A stretch of DNA of 63,633 bases, filler included, from Pirum gemmata (lineage: Eukaryota): the NCBI GenBank assembly GCA_002812295.1. It is 6 parts of 6 records of this genome, joined end to end, with 100 filler letters (N's around TTAATTAATTAA, not from the genome) between each part and the next. Parts side by side here need not be neighbours in the genome. Positions count along the whole stretch, not along the records: positions 42,951 to 52,484 come from PDIN01000048.1; positions 52,585 to 63,633 come from PDIN01000049.1; 4 more parts are not named here. One strand, given 5' to 3'. Of the stretch, positions 44,137 to 55,400 are shown piece after piece. Under the pieces are notes generated by a model, which was given only the letters and a program-made list of their open reading frames with translations, made no database searches and was not told the origin of the DNA. Each line of letters begins with the position of its first letter. Positions within the stretch are counted from its first letter, which is position 1. A program made the position numbers and the translations under genes.

Positions 44137-44318
44137 TATTATTATTATTATTATTATTATTGTGTTGTGAAAAATAAATAAAAAAGTTAAACACATCATA
44201 TGGATATTTGACTATTTATTGCTACACAAAACTATATTTTATTATTACTCAAACTATATTTACATATATAACTTCTATTATTCTAGTTTTCCTATTTTTC
44301 TTCTTTTTTGTTTTTTTT

Positions 44319-44368
<50 letters not shown>

Positions 44369-46270
44369 CGTCTTTCTAAATCTTCCAAGTTCTCACCACC
44401 TAAAGCATTGATAGCTCTATTAGCTGCTGCTTTGAGTGCATTTTCTTTAGCAGCCAAATCTTTACTATTACTTTCACTTGGATCAGCTTTATACTGGTCC
44501 AAGGATTTAAAGTAGCCTGGGCTTTCTTTAGCGATGGCGTTCTTGGCTGCTTGTAATTCCTGTGTATAAGCCGCGTTATCGTGATTCGCTTCTAATTCTT
44601 TGTCAAGAACATCATTTAATCTGTCAAGAATTTGTTGAACTTCTTCTTTATGATAATTGAATTTATCATCATCACCAGCTTTAGCTCCATCTCGAGCATT
44701 TTTCATTGCATCAGCAAGACGTCTTTCTAAAGCGGCAGCAGCCAAACCTATTTTTAAAAAAAAAAATACACGAAATTTAACAAATGAATTGGAACAAGTA
44801 ATTAATGAAGAAAAAAATGAACAGAAGAAAAAAATTAAAATAAAATCGAAGAGAGGGGTCAGTGAAATTACCAGGTTTGTTAGTAGCACGGTCCATAGCA
44901 TCTACAAGTCCTTTATGACGTCTGTCCCATTCAGCTTTGACTAAATCAGCATGTTTCTTATCTTCTGCGTTTCCAGATTTAGCAGCTTGTTTAGCTGCAG
45001 CGATAAGAACTGGTGTGTATTTTTTAACGTTGTCTGAAGCATCAATAACAGCTTTGGATTTCGGTCCATTCTCTGTAAGAGAAGCAACAGCCTTTGCAGT
45101 ATTGTCCAAATGATTAACAGCTTTTTGTAATGATAATAATTGTTAGTAACAAAAACGTTTCAAAAATAACAAACTATTCATAATGGTGAATTGTAAAATA
45201 TTTGATAAAATTATAATAGTAATTGCAACAATAGCAAATATAATAATGTAACAATTACAAAAAGATTCAAAAAGAATGAAAATATTGATAAATAATAAAA
45301 TGCGAATTACCCTTTTCCAATTTAGGTGAAATTTGTTCAACTCCAGGTACATCTTCAGCTTTGGATTTTTCCATTAATTTGTTGGCCAAGATCATCGCAT
45401 CAATAGCTGCTTTTTCTCTGTTTTTAGCCAATACTCTCTCACAATCATCTCTTAATTCGCCAATTTCGTGGTGTAATTCACCACAAGCCTGCTTATATTT
45501 TTCTTTTAAGTCTTCATCATTAGGATTTCCTTGTAATTTTTTAGCTAGTCCTTCAACTTCATTCATCAATTTTTCGCATTTGGCAATTCTGTCTCTTAAT
45601 CTTTTGGCGTCTTCAGGATCATCACAGTTATGGGCAATTTTTTTAGCTTCTTCGATAACCTTTTTGTATTCGCTCATCAATTCAGATTGGGTGATAGGAT
45701 CGAATGCATCGCCATTTATACCACTTTCTAGAATATCTAATACATTAGCAACGGCTGTGGCAAAATCGCCACCTGGACAAAAGGTTTCTGCTAAAAAGTA
45801 TCTCATGTTAACTAAATAAATAATTCGTTCACAGGCTTCATTTATCTCGGTAATGTAAAAGTCTCTGGAAACAGCAGCGTCTGCATTTTTATTTTGAACC
45901 CAACCTTTTAAGGAAGACACTAAACCTACACTGTTGCTGGTAACGATCTTAATAGCTTCTTCCGTGCTTTCACGATGTGGGCCTGTTTTCAAAAGATTAG
46001 CTCTCTCGGTGGATAATCTAGCCGCAGCTACAAGTTTAGGATTCAAAGCTTTTACAGAAGCAACCAAAGCTGCAAGATCTCCGACATCTTTTGTAGGAGT
46101 TAACGCAGCTTGAGCTTCTCTGCAAGCTGAAACAATTATACGTTTGTCCCTATCGTCATACACATCAAGCATTTGAACACAGCCTTTCATCATGTTATTA
46201 CATCCTTGATCCATGTTTTTGTGTTGCTCTAAATCTCTTCCATGTTCCAAAAGAGCAGTGATAGCGTCAA
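42986..46270 (-). CDS. Vinculin/alpha-catenin family protein; exons 46270-45311, 45120-44872, 44747-~44370, 44003-43637, 43335-42986; N-terminal ~90 aa not seen
   Basis: Tail QWDDTENDLI...KCPDKRLASNL...IAQQLKVVTMVKA...CAQNLM matches the vinculin tail; YDDRDKRIIVSAC aligns with vinculin D1 (FDEAEVRKIIRVC). Three introns are GT-AG and phase-consistent; the donor near 44370 is replaced by a homopolymer. Confidence 0.92.
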
Positions 46271-46357
46271 CTATTTGTTGTGCTCCTTTTTCGGAAAAAT
46301 CACAAGGAGAAACCTAACCAAAAGTAAACAAACGGTCAACAAAAGGTAACAATGCCA

Positions 46358-46417
<60 letters not shown>

Positions 46418-46501
46418 TATAATTATAATAATAGTAATAACAATAATAATAATAATAATAATATTTAACAATATTCATAAGAAGTAAAAATTAATGCTTA
46501 C

Positions 46502-47291
46502 AAAAGTAACCTACAGTAGAAAGAAAAAAACTAGCACCAATTAACATGTAAAAGCCTGCAAACCACACAGTACCCTTCTTCACATTAAAATGATTTAGAA
46601 TGTCACCATACCCGACTGAAGTCTAACAAACAAAAAGATTATTGTGATTATTGCTGTTAGTTTTAGTGTGATGGTGGTTGCTGAACAAGTTAGGGTTAGG
46701 GTTAGGGTTAGGGTTAGGGTTAGGTTAGGGTTAGAAAGGGTTATGGTTAGGTTAGGTTTAGAAAGGGTTAGGGTTAGGTTAGGTTCAGAAAGGGTTAGGG
46801 TTAGGATTAGATTAGGGTTAGAAAGGGTTAGGGTTAGAAAGGGTTAGGGTTAGAAAGGGTTAGGGTTAGGGTTAGGGTTAGGAAAGAGGTTATTGTGATC
46901 ATTGCTATTAGTTTTAGTGTAATGTTAGTTGTTGAAGAAATTAGGGTGGGTGACTGTGAATATTTTGTTAGAGATTACTATTAACCTTTACACATTTAGT
47001 ATACAATAACATAAATGCAAGCAATGTGCAATAACAAGGACTAGAATAACGACATATGATATTGGTAAATAAAATTTAAGTCAGGATTACAGTAACAGTC
47101 AAAGCCACAGTTAGGATTAGAGTTAGGATTAGGGTTAGCGTTAGCGTTAGCGTTAGCGTTAGCGTTAGGGAAAACACATACACAAGTCTCCAAAGCCCAA
47201 TAAACGGAATTCAAAGTTGATAAATTTTCCACAATAGAGTAGTAAACAACTCCGACAACAATAATGGAGACTAAAAATACAATACATCCTA
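46502..47291 (-). CDS. Potassium channel TM-pore-TM module, exons 47291(or 47288)-47182 and 46622-46502
   Basis: Spliced: GCIVFLVSIIVVGVVYYSIVENLSTLNSVYWALETC|TSVGYGDILNHFNVKKGTVWFAGFYMLIGASFFLSTVGYF; TxVGYGD selectivity filter; donors GTATGT and GTAAGC. Confidence 0.92.
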
Positions 47292-47670
47292 CTATTTGTA
47301 ATAAAACTTTTTTATATTCTCTACTGAATGACAGTTTACCCCTATATTGAAAAATACAAGGCCAGAGTTAGGGTGATGGTTGGGATTAAGGTTGGGGCAG
47401 GGTTACCGTTGGGGTTAAGGTTGGGGTTAAGGTTGGGGTTAAGGTTGGGGTCAAGGTTAGGGTTAAGGTTAGGGTTAAGGTTGTGGTTAAGGTTGGGGTT
47501 AAGGTTGGGGTTAAGGTTGGGGTTAAGGTTGGGGTTAAGGTTAAGGTTAAGGTTAAGGGAGGGGTTAAGGTTGGGTTAAGGTTCAGGTTAGGGTTGGAGC
47601 TAAGGTCCAGGTTAGGGTTGGAGCTAAGGTCCAGGTTAGGGCTAGATTTATGGACTATAATAAAACATAC

Positions 47671-47995
47671 CTTCAAAAGTACAATTTCGAATAGGTATTG
47701 ATATATCACTCTCTAAATCCAGACTATCAACACCCACTTCTAGTTCATTTTCACAGTGCACCAAAATTAAACCCCAATTATCACAGTAATTATTCGATCT
47801 TTTCATTAGTTTAATTTCGTTATCGGTTAAATTACGATAACCCTCGGGAACGCTATCTAATTTAGCTATTGGTTCATTTTGGTGTTTTACAATTAATTGA
47901 ACAGCTGGATTGTCTTTTATCTCTCTAATTTTATTCAGAAAATCACAATTTTTTATAGAAGCTAGAACTTCCTCTGCTGGTGTTTTTACGTCCAT
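47671..47995 (-). CDS. First exon of a DUF4954-like protein
   Basis: ATG at 47995, GTATGT donor at 47670; YRNLTDNEIKLMKRSNNYCDNWGLILV...IRNCTFEG resembles the DUF4954 N-terminal YRxLTxxEI...DW...IRNxxFxG pattern (from memory). Confidence 0.65.
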
Positions 47996-49109
47996 GTTTA
48001 TTTTCGCTATATATACTTAAATTGGTTTAACGTGAAAGTTTTTGTATTGATTGTTGTTAAAGTTATTATTTGTTGATACTTGTTTAGCATTGGTGTACCA
48101 TGGATTTTATGTTATTTAAGATGGTGGTGGCGGTGGTGGATGGTGATTAATAATTTAAAATAGTTGATTAATTTATGTGATAGTTTTTTGTATTGTTATT
48201 TGCAATTGTACCATGTATTTATGTTATTTAAGGTGGTAGTGGTGGTGATTATTTAAAATAGTGATTAATGTGTAGGTGGCCAGTTGTGGTTTTTCATTAT
48301 TGTTTATTATTATTAATTAATTATAATAATATCATTAATATTATTGATATAAATAAAATAATAAAATAATAATAAAATAAAAAATGGATTCATTATTTTG
48401 GAGGAAATATCATAAATGACGTCACTTTTTTTTTTCACACCCTTTGTCATTTATTAGTCTATGTCACCAATAATAAAATACTATCCTTTTTAATAACCCT
48501 TTTCCCCTCACCTTTCCACCCCATCCCCTAACCTTAACCCCCTAACCCCTAACCCCTAACCTCTAACTTACCCTAACCCTAACTACCCTAGCTAGCTAGC
48601 CCTAACCCCTGACCAGTCCCTCCAACAAAAAATACCATCCATTCTCTAAATAAATGACGTCATTTATTATGAAACTAAATGATAATAATTTTATTCCTTT
48701 TTTTTGGTTTTTTTTTCTATTTTTGGAAAATCTATATTAAAAAAAGGTAAAATAGCTAGTCTGAAAGACTGCTGCTAAAACTATCCAACTTTATATGGGT
48801 AACATGAGTACTTTATTTTCGATTAAAAATCGAGGTAGACTAATAATTCCACCAACTCAAGAAGCTTTTTTAGGTAATAAAAGAACTACAAAAGGGAAGT
48901 TCTATGGTTATAATTATTTTGTTTTTTTTTTATATCATAACTTAAAAAATTAAATAATTTTGACATCGTTCGAAAATGTTCGAAATATTGATAATCCTAT
49001 CATATGTAATCATAATTTGATTCGTTTTTTTCAAACGGGGCCCAAATTTTGCTATTAAATTTTGTTGGATGATTTTAGACCATGTGCCTCCATGATAATA
49101 TGTCAAAAG

Positions 49110-49142
<33 letters not shown>

Positions 49143-49539
49143 ATAAACTAAGCTAAGTTAGCTAGCTAGCTAGTACTAACGCTATCAATAACTTAGCCAA
49201 GCTAGCTGCTAGCTAGCTACTAGCTAGGGGGTCTATGAGAGCGTTAGTAGCAGCTGGTTACTAGCTAGCTACTAGAGATTTTTATATCAGATCGATTAAA
49301 TAGAGTTTGGCTTTGGGGTTCGGGTTTCTAGCTAGGTTAGGGACTTAGGGTTTAAGGTTTAGGGTTTAGGATTTAGGGTTTATTTTTAGTTTTAGGTTTA
49401 GGGTTTAGGGTTTGGTTTTAGTTTTAGGTTTAGGGTTTAGGGTTAGTGTCAGGATTGGGGTTAGAGGTATAAAATACCAAATTAATTAAAACATGCCTGA
49501 TAGTTTAACCATAATAATTATTTGGTACGTTTACTTCAG

Positions 49540-50381
49540 TTTTTTTCTTGATCGCAATTTATGTTTAAGTTCTTATTGTAATGGTGTAGCAACATATTTA
49601 GAACTTGGACGCTTGGTAATATCACAAAGAAAGCCGTATTGTAAATAATAATCCCAACTTTGCCAAAAATTCGGCCCGACCTTTTTTTCAAAATTTGCAA
49701 GTACTTTCAGACAGACTTCTTTTTCTCGATCGCGATTATGTTTAATAAGTTTTTGTTTTAATTGTGTAGCAATATCTTAAGCACTCGGAAGCTTGGTAAG
49801 ATCACATAATACACTAATATATATTGTTACACGATTAAAACAAGAACTTAAACATATGTATATTATAATATCGCGATCAAGAAAAAGAAGTCTATCCAAA
49901 AGTATCTTTGTTGTTAGTTTAAATTTTGAAAAGGGGTTTCGGCAAAGTTGGGATTATAAATTGTAATACAATATTGGTGTACTAAGTGATATTACCAAGC
50001 GTTCAAGTGTTAAAGATATTGTTACACAATTAAAACAAGAACTTACACATATAACGATATCGCAATCAAGAAAAAGAAGTCTATCCGAAAGTAACCTTGT
50101 TAGTTTAAATTTTTGAAAAGTGTTTTCGGCAAAGTTGGGGTTATAAATTGTAATACAATATTGGTGTACTAAGTGATATTACCAAGCGTTCAAGTGTTAA
50201 AGATATTGTTACACAATTAAAACAAAAACTTAAACAAACATATATCGCGATCAAGAAAAAGGAGTCTATCCGATAGTAACCTTGAAAATTTTGAAAAGAG
50301 TTTTCGGCAAAGTTGTGTGTTGTGTATAAATTGCAATACACTATTGGTGTGCTAGGTGATATTACCAAGCGTTCAAGTGTT
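49540..50381. repeat. Palindromic tandem array of ~185-bp units derived from the Raf 3' coding end
   Basis: 49540-49806 holds about 1.5-2 units oriented like the gene; 49822-50381 holds about 3 units in the opposite orientation (unit starts near 49986, 50172, 50356). All match 51424-51588. Confidence 0.9.
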
Positions 50382-51150
50382 CTAATTTAAAAAAACATAA
50401 TTAATTCCAAATCCAACTGGCTAGTGACTTCGATGTAAATTGGTGCAAAAGAAGTTCACAATAATAATTCTAATTTACAAAAATAATTAATTCCAAAGCT
50501 GCCAAACTTGGCAACCGTAACATTCAGTGGTACAAGACTAGACTTTGTACGAATTCTTTCGTACAAAGAGGTTCACAATAATAATAGAACTATCAATATC
50601 TACGCAGTATCTACGCACTGTGGCGCTTTTTTCAAAAAAGTCGGAAGACTTTGCAGATATTCAAAAACATACAAATATCAGGGGCTAATTTATAAATAAT
50701 GGAGGAGGATCAGATTCTCAAAATAATTGAAGCAAAGAAACAAGGAACCCTCACTTTGGCAACCCTAACCTTAAAAGAAACGGAATATAAATGGTTAATA
50801 AAAATATATAGTACGTACGCTAGTTATTTCATTTCTTTATTATTGTTGGCATTTTTCATTTTTGCCGTTTAATTTCATACATATAAATTCATACAAAATA
50901 GCCAAACAAAGAACGATAAGGAGTATCACAGACCCTCCCAGTTTTTTTTTTTTTGTGGCAACAAAAAGATAAACAATTCAACTTTAGTTTGTTTTTCTTT
51001 TTTCTTCGCCTTTTTCTTTCTTCTTTTATTACTCCAGCATTTTGAGTTGTAAAAGGTATCATACGATGTTACTTAAATAAAACATCAAAATGATATTTTG
51101 AGAACGTTTTCCCTATTCATAGGCTTACTATAATTCACAAGAAGTCGACC

Positions 51151-51400
51151 GTGACCAACCTTCCAAGTGCTAAAGATTGTGCCACATAATTAAAACAAGA
51201 ACTTAAACTTATATCGCGATCGAGAAAAAGAAGTCTGCCCGGAAAGCAACCTTGTAATTTGAAAAAGGTAGGCCGAATTTTTGGGCGAAGTTGGGATTAT
51301 AAATTATAATACACCATATCACAGTTAAAACAAGAACTGAAACATATATTGCGATCAAGAAAAAGAAAGTAAGCTTGAAAATTTTGGAAAAAGGTCGGCT
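51151..51400. repeat. Inverted copies of the Raf 3' coding end directly after the stop codon
   Basis: 51151-51308 is a near-full reverse complement of 51424-51588 (e.g. ttaaacttatatcgcgatcgagaaaaagaagtctg); 51315-51400 is a partial second copy. Confidence 0.9.
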
Positions 51401-51421
51401 TAACATACTAAGAATGTTGTC

Positions 51422-52376
51422 TTACAGTTTATAATCCCAACTTCCCAAAAATTCAGCCCGACCTTTTTCAAAATTTACAAGGTTACTTTCGGACAGACTT
51501 CTTTTTCTCGATCGCGATATAAGTTTAACTTCTTGTTTTAATTGTGTAGCAATATCTTTAGCACTTGGGCGCTTGGTAATATCACTTTGCACACATCGAT
51601 CTACCATTTCTTTTAAATTTTCAGGTACCTCCACAAAGGCTTCTTTTTCGACATCAATCTTTAAAATACCCATAGCAATTTGAAACACAATTTGTGCTGG
51701 GTGTAAATTTCGATGTGGAAGTTTCCCAGTTAACATTTCATAAAACACAACGCCAAATGAATAAATGTCTGATCCATTTTCGTAATGTATTTTTCCTGGT
51801 TTTGATTTCATTACTTCTGGTGCCATCCACAACACAGACCCTGGTAGTGGGTTAGTAGAATTTTTCCCCTTTTCTTCAGAATACAATGTTTTTACTGCAG
51901 CCAAACCAAAATCACCAACACGAACATGGTTATTCGAATCTAAAAAGATATTAGGAGATTTTAAATCGCGATGTAAAATTTCTTTATCGTGTAAATAACC
52001 TATGCCTAACGCTACTTGGTGAATTATTTTTAATACATTCATTACTTCAAATTCATAATCAGACACGTGGATAAGGTGATACAATGTACTACCACTACAC
52101 CATTCAGTAATTATTGTAGGAGTTGGGTAACAACATGCTCCCATAAATAAAATAATATTTTGATGTCGACATCGCATCAATGTTTTTACTTCATTTCTGA
52201 AAGCTTCCATTTGCCCTTGACTAGGCTCTGTACAATGTAATTTTTTAATAGCTACCTCGCCATGCCAATTACCTTTGTAAACAGTGCCAAAAGACCCAGA
52301 CCCCGCACATTCTAAAATTTCTAGCTCTCCTTCATCTATTTCCCAGTCTGCAATGGACTCTTTATCGTAACTATCA
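51422..52376 (-). CDS. RAF: Raf-family MAP3K, terminal exon with the whole kinase domain
   Basis: From acceptor ccacAG: DWEIDEGE...GSGSFGTVYKGNWHGEVAIK...AFRNEV...RHQNIILFMG...HRDLKSPNIFL...DFGLAAVKT...GSVLWMAPEV, plus C-terminal RSLSESNL (Raf 14-3-3 site RSASEPSL). Confidence 0.93.
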
Positions 52377-52384
52377 CTGTGGAA

Positions 52385-52417
<33 letters not shown>

Positions 52418-55400
52418 TAATAATTAATAATCAATAATTAAAAATTAAAAACCAAAAATCAAAAATCAAAAATCAAAAATCAAANNNNNNNNNNNNNNNN
52501 NNNNNNNNNNNNNNNNNNNNNNNNNNNNTTAATTAATTAANNNNNNNNNNNNNNNNNNNNNNNNNNNNNNNNNNNNNNNNNNNNATTATTATTATTACCA
52601 TTAATATTACCCTATTATTATTATTATATTATAATAGTTTATAATTATATTAATATCGATAAATTAATTATTATGCTTAGGGTAGACTGCCATTTAATTT
52701 TTTTTTTGCATGAGACCTAGACTAGCTAGTAGACTATGCATGAAAAGTCATGAAACCTACCACATGTGGCAAGTCTTACGTATTTTATCACTCTGAATAT
52801 TTATTTGGTAGGTTTTTACCTTTACATTGTCATTTTTAAATTAATTAATAGATCATAAAATAATAGACCAACTTGCAAATTAAATGAAATAGATTTATAT
52901 TGTATTAATTAAATTTTGGTATTCTTTATTGTATATTTTATAAAATGATGACAAGGAAAAAGGAAAAAGCACCTTCAGCACGAGACCGAAGTACGTTCTT
53001 TACCTCGAGCTAGTTAATTTTTTTATAAATGATTTCTATAATGTATCGATATTTATAGTATATTTATCGATATTTGTAAATGGTATTTTAAAAAAAAAAA
53101 ATAATTTTTAATTTAATTTATACAATCTAACTTTTTTTTACCATTTTCCAACTTTTTTTTTTTATTTTTTTTTTATGATAATATGATATGATTGAAAAAT
53201 TTTAATAATAATTATTTTTTAAACCTATTGAATTATACCTATTATTTAAATAATTATTATTATTTTCGAAAACTGAAAATTATAGTGAAATCCAAAAGTC
53301 AGTCGTTTTTTTAATAACTTATGAAAAAAAGTTGCATCAATCATATTTATATAATTAAATTAAATTTTTTTATTGTTTACAAACAATAATATTATTATAT
53401 TAAAATTTTATAATTAATTTTAATATTAATTTTATAAATAAATAATAGTCTAATGGATAAAAATTTAATTTTTTTTTAATATAATGACCACCATAATAAA
53501 AAAAAATTAAAATTTTTAATACAGAAGTTCCATGTGGACATTGGAGAGATTTTTAAAAAAGAACACAAACACTGCCCCAAAACACTCGAAGGAAAAAAAA
53601 AAAAAATTAATGTAAAAAATAGACTGGCACCCAAATGAACAATAAAAGAACTTTGACAAAATATGGCTCAGTATGCTGCCGCATTGCTGCGCAAATTTAG
53701 TGTAAATTACTTCCAAATTTGTAAAACTAAACATACCATGTTTAGGTTAAAATATTTGGTTTTGGAAACCTATTTTTAGAATCCAATGAAATTTATGAAA
53801 TATTCAAATATGAAAAAATGTGGCTCAGAGGTAACTCCTAAATTCCTAATAACTCTCTCTCCTATTAAACTAAGTCCTAACACTCTCCTAACTCTCAGAA
53901 CACCTCAGAGGCTCAGAGCCACCGAGAAACATTTGGGAAACTACTAGCTAGCTAGCTAGAGCGGGAAACAGTCTCTAGCTAGTCGCTACAAGTAGCAGTG
54001 CCACTGCCACCACCAATATCTGCGGTCACTCCTCTCAGTCATCTTTAGCTTTTGATATAGGATAGGGCTGAAAACCTAAACCTAACATCCTAATCAATCG
54101 GTCACCCTAATTCTAATCCTAATCCTAATCGTAATCCTAACCCTAACAGTCTCTAATCCTCTCTAAGTTTTAATTCTAACCCTATAGCTATGACATAGCT
54201 AGCAACTTTCTAACCCTAATTGTAATTTATAAACCATAAATCTAACCCTCACCCTTACCCTAATGCTAATCCTAACTCTAATGCTAATCCTAACCCTAAC
54301 CCTATAGCTAATCCTAACCCTTAAACGTTAATTAACTTTAACCCTATAGCTAATATTATTAATAATATATATATCGTATTAATAGTCCCTAATCATATAA
54401 CTTTAACCCTTTACAGCTAACGCTAGTGCTATACGACATCGACAACGTCTTATACCCTAACGTAAATTTTAAAACCTTTTTTAAACCCCAATTAACCTTT
54501 GTGATGACCATATTATTATATTAATTTTTTAATTATTTATAATGTTGTTATTATTATTATATTCTTATTCTTATATTATAATTATTGTTGTTGCTGTTAA
54601 TTGAGCTTTAATATTAACAACGTTAATATTAATTAATAAATCTTAAATGTAATAATAATATAATAATTATATAATAATTATAAGATTTTGAAGATGAGAA
54701 AGAAAGAATAATAAAAAGTATTTTGTAATATGGCTTGAGTAACTGCTTGAGTGTACTGGTAGTCGTAGTCACAGTCCCACAGAGTGTGTTTTCTCAAATT
54801 CTCAGCCAGTTATTTTTGTTTACAACAAGTTTACAGCATTGATGAATGATCTTTTTTTTTTAAAAAAAAAACACCACTTCTAGCCAAATTATTTTTAAAA
54901 ATTGGCCATTGGTTCATAATAGAATTTTCTTAGTTAGCCGATTTCTTAAAATTAGGTAGTACTTTCATTGAATTTGGATTATTTTGAGAGTTTTTTTTGG
55001 TTTTTTGAGCTCCCCCGCAGGGCTTTGGTGTTTTAATAAGAAAAAAAATATTTTGCTTTTTTTTTTTTGTTGTTCATGACTCATCATCAGACAGCTAGTA
55101 GGTTATAGCTGAGAACTTGTTGTATTGTTTGTTTGTGTTGTTTGTTGTTTGTTGGTTTTTGTAGAAGGTTGATGAGAAATAAAATTATTTTTTTTTCTTC
55201 CTTGTTTATTAGGTATAATGCTAGCTAGGGTTATTTATAATATTATTACTTGTTAGTTTTAGTAGTACTAGTGTTATCATTATTTTCAATAGCGTTATCC
55301 AATTCAAAAACTGACATAAACATAACAAATTATTATTATAGTTAATAAACAATCAGACATGCATGTTTTAATTAATTTGGTATTTTATTGAAATAGACGA

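Noticed and set aside
44278..44370. Poly-Lys extension or non-canonical splice site in the vinculin gene
   Set aside because: The exon runs into a long homopolymer with no phase-0 GT; a homopolymer misassembly is more likely.
48410..48665. TGACGTCA (CRE-like) palindromes, also near 308
   Set aside because: Short motif in repeat-like context with no evidence of promoter function.
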